NCBI GenBank assembly: GCA_041690695.1
Contig: JBEPVZ010000004.1
Location: 1-52,494, forward strand
Source: Candidatus Daviesbacteria bacterium
GTDB taxonomy: Bacteria; Patescibacteriota; Microgenomatia; Daviesbacterales; UBA10151
Reading direction: 5' to 3'
Length of the DNA stretch: 52,494 nt
The notes below the pieces were generated by a model. That model was not told where the DNA came from and did not search any database. It worked only from the letters and a program-made list of their open reading frames with translations. The position numbers and the translations under genes are program-made. Below, piece after piece: positions 1-8,286 of the stretch (position 1 is the stretch's first letter; every line of letters begins with the position of its first letter).

Positions 1-99
1 GGACAAAGATTATCAAACCGATAATGCTTTTTATACGCCAACGCTCAGTCTTGGAATCTTAAGTTTGTTAATTATTAGCAAACATATTATTATCAAACA

Positions 100-525
100 A
101 TGGTTTACCAAACTAATTCAGAAGCTGAAACAATTAAACTGGCCGGACAGTTGGCCAAAGAGTTAACTCCCAAAAATCATATCTTTACTTTAACAGGCCC
201 GCTTGGGGCGGGGAAAACCACCTTCGCTAAGGGATTTGCTGAAGGCTTAGGAATTACTGATTCAATAATCTCGCCAACATTTGTCTTAATTCGTCAACAT
301 TCGATCCCAAGCTCCGACAAAGTTATGTTTCACATTGATCTTTATCGCTTAGAAAAAAGTACCAATTGGCAAGAATTAGGACTCAGCGAATTATTTAATA
401 ATCCGGATGCCGTAGTCTTAATTGAGTGGCCCGAAAGGCTGGATAAATTGCCAGAAGAAGTCGTCAATATTAAGATTGATAAGCTTGATGAAAATAGCAG
501 GAAACTTACGGTAATAAGCCCCTAG
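100..525 (+). CDS. tsaE: t6A tRNA-modification ATPase TsaE (YjeE family)
   Basis: 141-aa ORF with P-loop GPLGAGKTTF followed by SPTF and a WPE motif; size and layout typical of TsaE. Confidence 0.85.
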   Translation: MVYQTNSEAETIKLAGQLAKELTPKNHIFTLTGPLGAGKTTFAKGFAEGLGITDSIISPTFVLIRQHSIPSSDKVMFHIDLYRLEKSTNWQELGLSELFNNPDAVVLIEWPERLDKLPEEVVNIKIDKLDENSRKLTVISP

Positions 526-557
526 CTACCACCCACCAGCTACTATATACTAATACC

Positions 558-926
558 ATGGCTCACAAACGTATTCTGTCTTTTAAACACGCCGGGCGCG
601 GGATCTGGACCGCTTTTAAAGAAGAGCCTCACTTAAAATTTCACTTTGGAGTCGCCATCCTAATTTTAGCCTTAGGCTGGTATTTTCACTTAACTCGCCA
701 AGAGTGGATGGGAGTAATTCTCGTTATCGGTTTAGTTATTGGAGTTGAATTAACTAATACTGCGATCGAGACCGTCGTTGATTCATTTACAAGCGATTAT
801 CACCCAGCCGCCAAAAGAGCGAAAGATGTTTCAGCTGGAGCAGTCTTAATTATGGCGATCATGGCCATCTCAATAGGGATAATTATCTTTTTACCTCACC
901 TACTAAACCTTCTCGGCGACTCGTAA
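558..926 (+). CDS. dgkA: prokaryotic diacylglycerol/undecaprenol kinase (DagK family)
   Basis: 122-aa, 3-TM protein with an ELTNTAIETVVD motif and KD.SAGAV motif typical of DgkA. Confidence 0.8.
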   Translation: MAHKRILSFKHAGRGIWTAFKEEPHLKFHFGVAILILALGWYFHLTRQEWMGVILVIGLVIGVELTNTAIETVVDSFTSDYHPAAKRAKDVSAGAVLIMAIMAISIGIIIFLPHLLNLLGDS

Positions 927-1790
927 CTTGGCACTCCGGCTCCGGGGATTAACCGAAATTTCAGATTGACCAGGACTAATCGGTTTTTTAGTTAAAATCG
1001 TTAAATTTTTATAATCCGATTCATCCTTCATAAAGTCTTTGACAATTCGATCTTCCAAGGAATGAAAACTAATGACCGCTAACCGGCCACCTTTCTCAAG
1101 CACTAATAAAGCTTTTGGAAGTGCAACTTTAATATTTTCAAGCTCATTATTAACCGCAATCCTAAGAGCCTGAAAAACTTGAGTGGCTGGATTAGTTTGA
1201 CCAACTGATGACTGACGTTTGACTGAACGAACAATCTCGGAGAGTTGATGAGTTGTTGTAATTGGACCATCTTTCCTGGCTTGAACGATCTTTCTGGCAA
1301 TTGGTTTTGCCCAAGCTTCTTCACCTAACTCTTCAAACATCTGGGCGAGCTCTTTTTCATATAAACCATTCACCAGATCTTCAGCACTAGCCCCAATTGT
1401 TTGATCCATCCTCATATCGAGCGGGCTATTACTGTTAAAACTAAAACCTCGCTCTGGAGTATCAAGCTGGTAAGACGAAACTCCCAGATCGAATAAAACT
1501 CCAGCCACCGGATGACCGACAAATTTTTTAACAGCATCGTCTAAATTAGCAAAGTTAGTTTGATATAAAACCAGACGATCATCATAACCAGTTAAACTCT
1601 GGCGTGTCGCTTTTATCGCATCAGGATCAAGATCTAAGGCCAAAACTTTACCACCAGCCGCTAATATCTCACGAGCATGCCCACCCCCGCCCAAATTACA
1701 ATCAACATACCACTTGCCCGGCTGGATTTTTAAACCATCGATCGCTTCTTTGACTAAAACAGGGGTATGGAACTCAGTCGTAGCTGTCAT
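903..1790 (-). CDS. rsmH: 16S rRNA (cytosine1402-N4)-methyltransferase RsmH
   Basis: 295 aa; HTPVL start motif, SAM-binding D.NLGGGGH, FDLGVSS.QLD and SFHSLEDR motifs. Confidence 0.9.
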   Translation of the reverse strand: MTATTEFHTPVLVKEAIDGLKIQPGKWYVDCNLGGGGHAREILAAGGKVLALDLDPDAIKATRQSLTGYDDRLVLYQTNFANLDDAVKKFVGHPVAGVLFDLGVSSYQLDTPERGFSFNSNSPLDMRMDQTIGASAEDLVNGLYEKELAQMFEELGEEAWAKPIARKIVQARKDGPITTTHQLSEIVRSVKRQSSVGQTNPATQVFQALRIAVNNELENIKVALPKALLVLEKGGRLAVISFHSLEDRIVKDFMKDESDYKNLTILTKKPISPGQSEISVNPRSRSAKLRVAEKV

Positions 1791-1841
1791 ATTTTCCCAT
1801 AATACATGATAGTTACCACATAATACAGTAGAATAGAGTTA

Positions 1842-3329
1842 ATGAAATATTTAACTAACTGGAAAGTTTTATTAGCCACCATCCTTTTAATTAGCCTCTT
1901 TTTCCGGACTTACCAAATTGTAGAGCGTTATCAATTTGATCATGACAATGATCTATCGGCTTGGATTGTTCGGGATATCGCCGTAAACCATCATTTTCGC
2001 TTAATTGGTCAACTAACTAGTGCACCCGGGATTTATATTGGACCTTTATTTTATTACCTGTTAGTGCCGTTTTTTATGCTAACTAACATGGATCCGATCG
2101 GAGCCTTAATCCCGATTACGATCTTAGGCGTCTTTACGACCTTTATGTACTACTTAGTTTTCAGCAAACTTTTTAATAGAACCGTCGGCTTAATGGCCGC
2201 CTTTTTACAAGCCACTTTAATCGATTCGGTCAATTTTGATCGGTGGGTGGTACCAAGTACCTTAACAAATCTTTGGACAATTAGTTATTTTTATACCATT
2301 TTGATGATTACTCGAGGCCGTTATCGTTACCTCTTTGCTTTAGGGATCTTAGTTGGATTAATTTGGGACGTTCATATTGCACTTTTACCAACTCTTTTAG
2401 CTATTCCTGTGGCGATGATTGTTACCAAAAAACTTCCACCCCTAAAACAAGTTTTAATTGGTCTCGCTAGTTTTTTAATCGTATCGATTCCTTTAATAGT
2501 CTTTGAGTTTAAGCATCATTTTATTCAAACGATTAGTTTTATTCAAAATTTTAGTCAAAATCATGGCGGTGGAACCGGTTTAGAAAAGCTCAATTTAATT
2601 ACTCTCAAGTTAGTTTCAACGCTCGCTTCTTACTTTCTAGCTCCTCAATCGCTTCCCGAAATAGTTAATAGAATTTTAATACTCATTCTGGGGTTATCAG
2701 GAATTTGGCTGGCTAAATCTAAATTAATAAAAAAATCAGAGGTCATTGTTTTATATACCTGGCTCTTTGGCGTAATCATGTTTTTCACCATTTCTTCAAC
2801 TTTAATTTCCGAATATTACTTTGCCAATATCGAGATTATCTTTTTAGTCTTTTTAGTCATACTTTTTTATCAAATCTATCACAAATCACGTTTAGGTAAA
2901 GTTTTAATTCTGGCAATTCTTAGTTTAGTTTTAATTAAAAATGTTTATTACTTTACGACCGTTCAACTTTATCTAAAAGGTTACAACGAACGAAGTAACG
3001 CTCTAAAATTTATCAAAGCAGATGCGACAACTCAAGGTTTCCCTTGTTTTGCTCTCTCTTATATTACAAGCCCCGGAGAAAACGTTGGTTTTCGCTACTT
3101 CTCTTGGCTAGATAACCTTAAACTTATTAATCCAAACGCTGGTGGACCAGTCTACACGATCGTTATTCCCAATGAATTAGTAACCGATAGAAGTGAAACT
3201 AGATTTGGGCATATCGGTGTAGTCTTACCTAACTTACCCGGTCAAGATTTAAGTCCAGAGCATTTGAGTCAAGTTTGTAGTGCCCCGAATTATAATGAAG
3301 TTCAGCCAGTTTTAGGATTTACGAATTGA
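1842..3329 (+). CDS. polytopic membrane glycosyltransferase, GT-C fold (ArnT/PMT-like)
   Basis: 495 aa with many TM helices; acidic first-loop motif FDHDNDLSAW after TM1; soluble C-terminal domain; lies in a glycan locus. Confidence 0.5.
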   Translation: MKYLTNWKVLLATILLISLFFRTYQIVERYQFDHDNDLSAWIVRDIAVNHHFRLIGQLTSAPGIYIGPLFYYLLVPFFMLTNMDPIGALIPITILGVFTTFMYYLVFSKLFNRTVGLMAAFLQATLIDSVNFDRWVVPSTLTNLWTISYFYTILMITRGRYRYLFALGILVGLIWDVHIALLPTLLAIPVAMIVTKKLPPLKQVLIGLASFLIVSIPLIVFEFKHHFIQTISFIQNFSQNHGGGTGLEKLNLITLKLVSTLASYFLAPQSLPEIVNRILILILGLSGIWLAKSKLIKKSEVIVLYTWLFGVIMFFTISSTLISEYYFANIEIIFLVFLVILFYQIYHKSRLGKVLILAILSLVLIKNVYYFTTVQLYLKGYNERSNALKFIKADATTQGFPCFALSYITSPGENVGFRYFSWLDNLKLINPNAGGPVYTIVIPNELVTDRSETRFGHIGVVLPNLPGQDLSPEHLSQVCSAPNYNEVQPVLGFTN

Positions 3330-3378
3330 TAGCCTAGACAACTTAGCCTATATCCTGTAAAATCTCGCTTTATAGGAT

Positions 3379-3594
3379 ATGTTAATTAATATTCCCCCCC
3401 AAATTTTAGGTCTCAACCACTTTGCCAGTCTTTTTAATTCGATCGTGTTAATTGGAATCTTGATTGGGATCGAACTTTTTAAAGCCGAAGCGCCTCACAA
3501 AAAACAACTTGATATCAAAGTTTTTTATCCGATCTCCTGGATCTTATTACTACTTTTAATCTATTTTCAGTTGAGTAAATTTATAAACCTATGA
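3379..3594 (+). CDS. small membrane protein (2 TM)
   Basis: 71-aa hydrophobic ORF whose stop overlaps the next start (ATGA). Confidence 0.35.
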   Translation: MLINIPPQILGLNHFASLFNSIVLIGILIGIELFKAEAPHKKQLDIKVFYPISWILLLLLIYFQLSKFINL

Positions 3595-4310
3595 GATATC
3601 GATCAACCTTAATTAACCTTTTTCAGATGCTTTTTTTGTCTAAATTAAGCTTTTTAATTAACCCTAAACTAGGCTTATTTGCGACCTCAAGCTTACTCAT
3701 AATCTCGCTTTTAAATAGTCTTTTTCAAAAAGCTACTAAAAACCTGGTCTGTTTGACTAGTATTGTCTTTTTAGCTCTTTATACTGAATATGCTTTACCA
3801 ATCCGGGATCCTTTTTCCCGAATGATCGTCATTTATTCAGTCATTTTGATTGGAATTATCAGTTACGCAAAAATCTGTCAATTAAATTTAAAAAAACTGG
3901 TATTTAGTAAAAATAAATCTCTAAGGCAACTCTTAATCTTATTTGGCTTTGGATTAATCTGGGGAGGATCACTTTATCTAATAGCTGGGCCAAACGCCAT
4001 TAATATTAAAACGGATTTAAATTGGTTATTAATTTTGAGCCCGCTCATAGCCTTGATTGAAGAGTTATTAATTCGAGGTTTAATTCAAGCTCAAGCCGAA
4101 AAGTTAACTAATCCTCTGATGGGGCTTATCTACGCTTCCCTAATTTGGTTTAGTTTTAATCTGTCGGGAAATATACTTTTATCCGTTATTTATGGCCTAA
4201 CTGGCTTTGGATTATCTTATATCTATAAGTTAACTCGTGATTTAAGATCAAGTTATGCCGTTAATTTAGGAATGAAGTTTGGCTTATTAATGCTTATCCG
4301 ATTCTTTTAA
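3591..4310 (+). CDS. CPBP (CAAX/Abi)-like intramembrane protein, His-less variant
   Basis: 239 aa, polytopic; CPBP motif 1 present (IEELLIRGL) but the protein contains no histidine at all. Confidence 0.55.
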   Translation: MRYRSTLINLFQMLFLSKLSFLINPKLGLFATSSLLIISLLNSLFQKATKNLVCLTSIVFLALYTEYALPIRDPFSRMIVIYSVILIGIISYAKICQLNLKKLVFSKNKSLRQLLILFGFGLIWGGSLYLIAGPNAINIKTDLNWLLILSPLIALIEELLIRGLIQAQAEKLTNPLMGLIYASLIWFSFNLSGNILLSVIYGLTGFGLSYIYKLTRDLRSSYAVNLGMKFGLLMLIRFF

Positions 4311-4508
4311 AAATCTCCAAACTAAACAAGCGATAAAAGACAGTCCAAAACAGATTATTCCGAAAGTATCTTCCCTAATCCAAGGAGTCAGATGAGTTAG
4401 CTGCCAGGATAGAGTCCAAGGGTGAACCTCGGCATTAACGGCAATATAAACCCAACCGGCAAAGCCAAATAAGAAGATTGTAAAAGAAAACGCCTTTAAA
4501 ATCTTCAT
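4287..4508 (-). CDS. small membrane protein (2 TM), uncertain
   Basis: 73-aa hydrophobic ORF; convergent 24-nt overlap with the CPBP-like gene. Confidence 0.3.
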   Translation of the reverse strand: MKILKAFSFTIFLFGFAGWVYIAVNAEVHPWTLSWQLTHLTPWIREDTFGIICFGLSFIACLVWRFLKESDKH

Positions 4509-4535
4509 TTAATAAGTATATCGCATTTTACCTGG

Positions 4536-4564
4536 TTGACAACCTTTGGAATAAATTATATAGT
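4536..4564 (+). promoter_or_regulatory. sigma70-type promoter TTGACA-N17-TATAGT
   Basis: TTGACA at 4536-4541, a 17-nt spacer, TATAGT at 4559-4564; a GTG at 4572 lies 7 nt downstream. Confidence 0.5.
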
Positions 4565-4571
4565 CATTGTT

Positions 4572-5039
4572 GTGAAAAGAACTATAACTATTTTATCTCT
4601 CGCTTTTGTCGCTACTTTATCCTTATTTTTAGTTTCAACCAAAACTGCTAGTGCTGCTGGATTAACCTTAGTCGGTGGAACAGTTCATCTTCCTAATAAT
4701 GTTTTAATAGCTGGCGCGACCGTGACAGTTAGCTGTCATCACGGTAGTCAAGTCAATTCAAAGACCACTCAAACTGGAGTTGGTGGAGGTTATTTAGTTG
4801 GTTATCCTCAATCGTTATGTGCAATTGGCGATAGTGTTGTTGTCTCGGCTGTTAAAGGTAACCAAAGTGGTCAAGCCGCTGGCACAGTTCACAATGTTAG
4901 CCAACAGCAAACATTTAATGTTGGATTAAGTGGTGTAACCGTTACTATTCCTGAATTTGGACCAATCACCGGTGGAGTTGCTGCTCTATTCTCAACTGGA
5001 TCTTTCCTATTTTTAAAGCGACGTAACTCTTCAAAATAA
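4572..5039 (+). CDS. secreted protein with PEF-CTERM-type C-terminal sorting signal
   Basis: From GTG 4572 the N-terminus reads as signal peptide KRTITILSLAFVATLSLFLVSTKTASA. The C-terminus is PEF-GPITGGVAALFSTGSFLFL-KRR. The ORF track starts at TTG 4536, but that codon is the -35 box. Confidence 0.65.
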   Translation: MKRTITILSLAFVATLSLFLVSTKTASAAGLTLVGGTVHLPNNVLIAGATVTVSCHHGSQVNSKTTQTGVGGGYLVGYPQSLCAIGDSVVVSAVKGNQSGQAAGTVHNVSQQQTFNVGLSGVTVTIPEFGPITGGVAALFSTGSFLFLKRRNSSK

Positions 5040-5048
5040 TTCTTCGAC

Positions 5049-5969
5049 ATGGTTGTCGAGTCGGGATTCAAACAGTTTCTTATTAAGTTAGTTCTATTTT
5101 TAGGTTTATTTATTGTTTTATCGGGTTTAATTGGCCCATGGGTAATCTCAACTCGGCTGCTTTATCATTTTGGCTTCTTTATCTATGGCGGTTTAGGCAA
5201 AGTGACCTTATTTGGGAGTATCGTCTTTGTCCTACTATCTCGCCAGAAGCTTAGGCTAGTCAAAAAATATAGCTATAACCGGCTTAATCTACTAGCCCTA
5301 ATGGGGGCATTTTTATTAATCCCCAGTTTTTTTGAGGTTGGCCGACGGCTTCTTCAATATTCCGATTGGTCAACCAATATTGGATTAACCTTAGTGGCAC
5401 ACTTATTAATCATTGTGATGATTATTTTGTTAATAATTGGCAGCTTAGGAGCTAACTTAATTACTGGCTTTTTATCAAAGCTTCAAAGGGAGCTTTTAAT
5501 ATCGACAGGCTTATCGCTAATCTTTTATTTTAGCTTTAATCTAATCTTTCAGCTTTGGCCACTTTTAAGTGGCATCGTTTTAACAATTGTTCAATTTATT
5601 TTAAATTTAAACTTCTCGCCGGTTGGCTTTATTCCCCCGCGAACCCTGGTTTTATCGCATTTTGCAGTTGAGGTCGGTCAAACTTGCTCGGGAATTGAGT
5701 CACTATTTTTATTTTCAGCCTTATATATTTTAATCGCTTGTTTAGACTGGCCAAAATTTAATCATAAAAAGATTATTTTAGTCTTTTTTCCAGTCTTAGT
5801 TGGATTATTTTTGGTTAATATCTTACGAGTTTATCTGATTATTATAATTGGCCAGCTAATCTCGCCTTACATTGCTGGTCAACTTTTCCATACTTATGCG
5901 GGGATGATACTATTCATTATCTATTTCATTGCTTTTTGGCAGCTTTTCTATAAAAGGCTCTTGAAATGA
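5049..5969 (+). CDS. exosortase/archaeosortase family transpeptidase
   Basis: 306 aa, polytopic; ordered Cys (VGQTCSGIES), Arg (NILRVYL) and His (LFHTYAG) motifs characteristic of the family; 9 nt downstream of the PEF-CTERM cargo. Confidence 0.75.
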   Translation: MVVESGFKQFLIKLVLFLGLFIVLSGLIGPWVISTRLLYHFGFFIYGGLGKVTLFGSIVFVLLSRQKLRLVKKYSYNRLNLLALMGAFLLIPSFFEVGRRLLQYSDWSTNIGLTLVAHLLIIVMIILLIIGSLGANLITGFLSKLQRELLISTGLSLIFYFSFNLIFQLWPLLSGIVLTIVQFILNLNFSPVGFIPPRTLVLSHFAVEVGQTCSGIESLFLFSALYILIACLDWPKFNHKKIILVFFPVLVGLFLVNILRVYLIIIIGQLISPYIAGQLFHTYAGMILFIIYFIAFWQLFYKRLLK

Positions 5970-5981
5970 CAGGGATAATAT

Positions 5982-7289
5982 ATGAAAAAACTATTTAAAC
6001 ATTTTTATCAAGATAGCCTCTATCGAAATTCAATTTATCTGATGCTCAGTACCGCCATCATGGCCGGTTTTGGCTTCTTTTTCTGGCTCTTAAACGCCCG
6101 ATTGTTTACTACTGAGCAGATTGGTCTGGCCACCACTTTAATTTCGGTTGTGACTTTAATTGCCAGTCTTAGCAATCTTGGTTTAAATACTGGTTTAATC
6201 CGTTATCTGCCTAAATCGGATAAAAAGAATAGCCAGATTAATACCGCTTTTACGATCGTAATCGTCGCCTCAATATTGGTCGGGATCGTTTATTTATTGG
6301 GTATCAACTGGTTTTCTCCCAAATTAAATTTTTTGAAGGACAATTTAACCTATCAATTAATCTTTATTATCTTAGTCGTCTTTATGTCTCTAAATGGCAT
6401 ATTAGACAGCATCTTCATCGCTTATCGCTCTAGTGTCTATGTTTTACTTAAGAATTCGATTTTAAGTGCTATTAAACTGGCGTTGCCTATAACCTTAATT
6501 GCCTTAGGATCTTTTGGAATATTTGTCAGCTTTGGGCTTGGGGTAGCGATCGCTTTTTTAATTGGCTTGAGTTTATTAACTTACAAATTTGACTATTCGA
6601 TCTTTTTTAGTTTTGATAAACCGATTATCCGTCAAATTGCTAGGTTCTCTTTTGGAAATTATCTGGCGGGATTTTTAAATTCTCTACCGACTCTGATTTT
6701 ACCGATTCTAATTACCAATAAACTCGGACCTCATATCTCGGCTTATTATTATATAGACATAATGATCGCCAACCTAATCTATATTATTCCCCAAGCCGCC
6801 ACCCAATCCCTCTTTGCGGAAGGCTCTTTCTCTGAAGACAAAATAGGGTCACTTTTAAAACAGGCCGCCAAAATTACTTATGGATTGATGATACCGGTCA
6901 TAATAGTAACCATTTTTGGAGGACATTTTATCCTCAGTGCTTTTGGAAAAGAGTATGCCAATCAAGGAAGTGTATTTTTGAGTTTACTAGCGATTTCGGG
7001 AATATTTTTAGCTATAAATAATATATTTTCAACAATCCTCAGAATTCAACACCGAGTTAGAACTCTAATTATTATAAATTTGCTAACATTTAGTCTCGTA
7101 ATGTCCCTGAGTTACTTTTTAATTAAAAACCTTCTTACAGGTCTAGGTTTTGCTTGGCTAATTAGCCAGTTCATCGCTAGTCTAGTTTATATATTGATGG
7201 TATCGAAAAAGAGAAAGCTACTCAAGAAAGAACCGAACGATAAACTTTTAAAAACTCTTTTGCGATTACAGGTGCGTCAAATTTTTTAG
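5982..7289 (+). CDS. MOP-superfamily polysaccharide/oligosaccharide flippase (Wzx-like)
   Basis: 435 aa with about 12-14 TM helices; typical Wzx size and topology; sits among glycosyltransferases. Confidence 0.65.
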   Translation: MKKLFKHFYQDSLYRNSIYLMLSTAIMAGFGFFFWLLNARLFTTEQIGLATTLISVVTLIASLSNLGLNTGLIRYLPKSDKKNSQINTAFTIVIVASILVGIVYLLGINWFSPKLNFLKDNLTYQLIFIILVVFMSLNGILDSIFIAYRSSVYVLLKNSILSAIKLALPITLIALGSFGIFVSFGLGVAIAFLIGLSLLTYKFDYSIFFSFDKPIIRQIARFSFGNYLAGFLNSLPTLILPILITNKLGPHISAYYYIDIMIANLIYIIPQAATQSLFAEGSFSEDKIGSLLKQAAKITYGLMIPVIIVTIFGGHFILSAFGKEYANQGSVFLSLLAISGIFLAINNIFSTILRIQHRVRTLIIINLLTFSLVMSLSYFLIKNLLTGLGFAWLISQFIASLVYILMVSKKRKLLKKEPNDKLLKTLLRLQVRQIF

Positions 7290-8286
7290 CCCAGGCAATG
7301 GAACTTTCTCTGTACTTTTCTTTATCTTTAGAAATTTTCAATATTTTTTTAGCTATATCTCTAGGATCAGTAGGGTCGGCAAATAAACCTGATACCCTTT
7401 CTTTTACAGCATCAGGCACTCCACCTGATCTAGAAGCTATTACGGGTATACCATAAGCATTAGCTTCTAAATAAACGATACCAAACCCTTCTATATCATT
7501 TGGTAAATCCAATGGAGCCATTGCAAAAATATCTAAGGAGGGATAAAACTCTTTTATCTTCTTCTTTTCTGATATATTACCCAAATATTTCCATTTGAAG
7601 GTGACATTTTTCAGTAAACTCAAAATAAAATCTTTTTCTGGACCATCCCCCGCTAACTGATAAACAAAGTCTAATTCGTACTCTTTTTCAAGGATACTGA
7701 GAGCTTTAATAATATTAGGAATATTTTTTCGTTTTACAAATCTGGATATAGTACCAATAGCTAATCTTTTTTGCGGGGGTTTTTTTATATTTGCAAATTT
7801 TGCAAAGTTAATCGCTGGAGTAATAACTTGAACTTTTTGTGGAGCAATATTAAAGCTTGACAGTATTAAATGCTTTACATAAATACTGTCAACAGTAATT
7901 AAAGAGGCTTTATTAAAAACTTCCTGATAAAGTTTTAGTCTATAGCCTTTTAAGGAGCTTCTAGTCACTTCTAACCCATGACATGTCACTACAAAATTAG
8001 TTCCTCGATAAAACATCGCTGGATCAGAATGCCAAAAATGGATAATATTATAATGAGACAGGATTCTAGTATTATAAAAGCTTTTTTTGCTAATCAATTC
8101 GAATAAATTAACTCCAACAAAATGGGGTAAATATCTTAGTAATAGCTTAATAAGCATATTTTTCTTATTTTGCCAGTCAACTTCTTCAACTTTATTATTA
8201 ATACGGAGTTGATCGGCAATAGTGGAAGCAAAGCTTTGGATACCTCCAATATTGTTTAAATATGGTACGACGTAAAGTATTTTCAT
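7222..8286 (-). CDS. glycosyltransferase family 4 (GT-B)
   Basis: 354 aa; C-terminal EGFGIVYLEANAYGIPVIASRSGG motif (the E-x7-E region of GT4). Confidence 0.8.
   Translation of the reverse strand: MKILYVVPYLNNIGGIQSFASTIADQLRINNKVEEVDWQNKKNMLIKLLLRYLPHFVGVNLFELISKKSFYNTRILSHYNIIHFWHSDPAMFYRGTNFVVTCHGLEVTRSSLKGYRLKLYQEVFNKASLITVDSIYVKHLILSSFNIAPQKVQVITPAINFAKFANIKKPPQKRLAIGTISRFVKRKNIPNIIKALSILEKEYELDFVYQLAGDGPEKDFILSLLKNVTFKWKYLGNISEKKKIKEFYPSLDIFAMAPLDLPNDIEGFGIVYLEANAYGIPVIASRSGGVPDAVKERVSGLFADPTDPRDIAKKILKISKDKEKYRESSIAWAKKFDAPVIAKEFLKVYRSVLS

Noticed and set aside
1-24. 3' end of an upstream plus-strand gene (frame 1 stops at 22-24)
   Set aside because: Only 7 codons are visible, which is too little to support any call.
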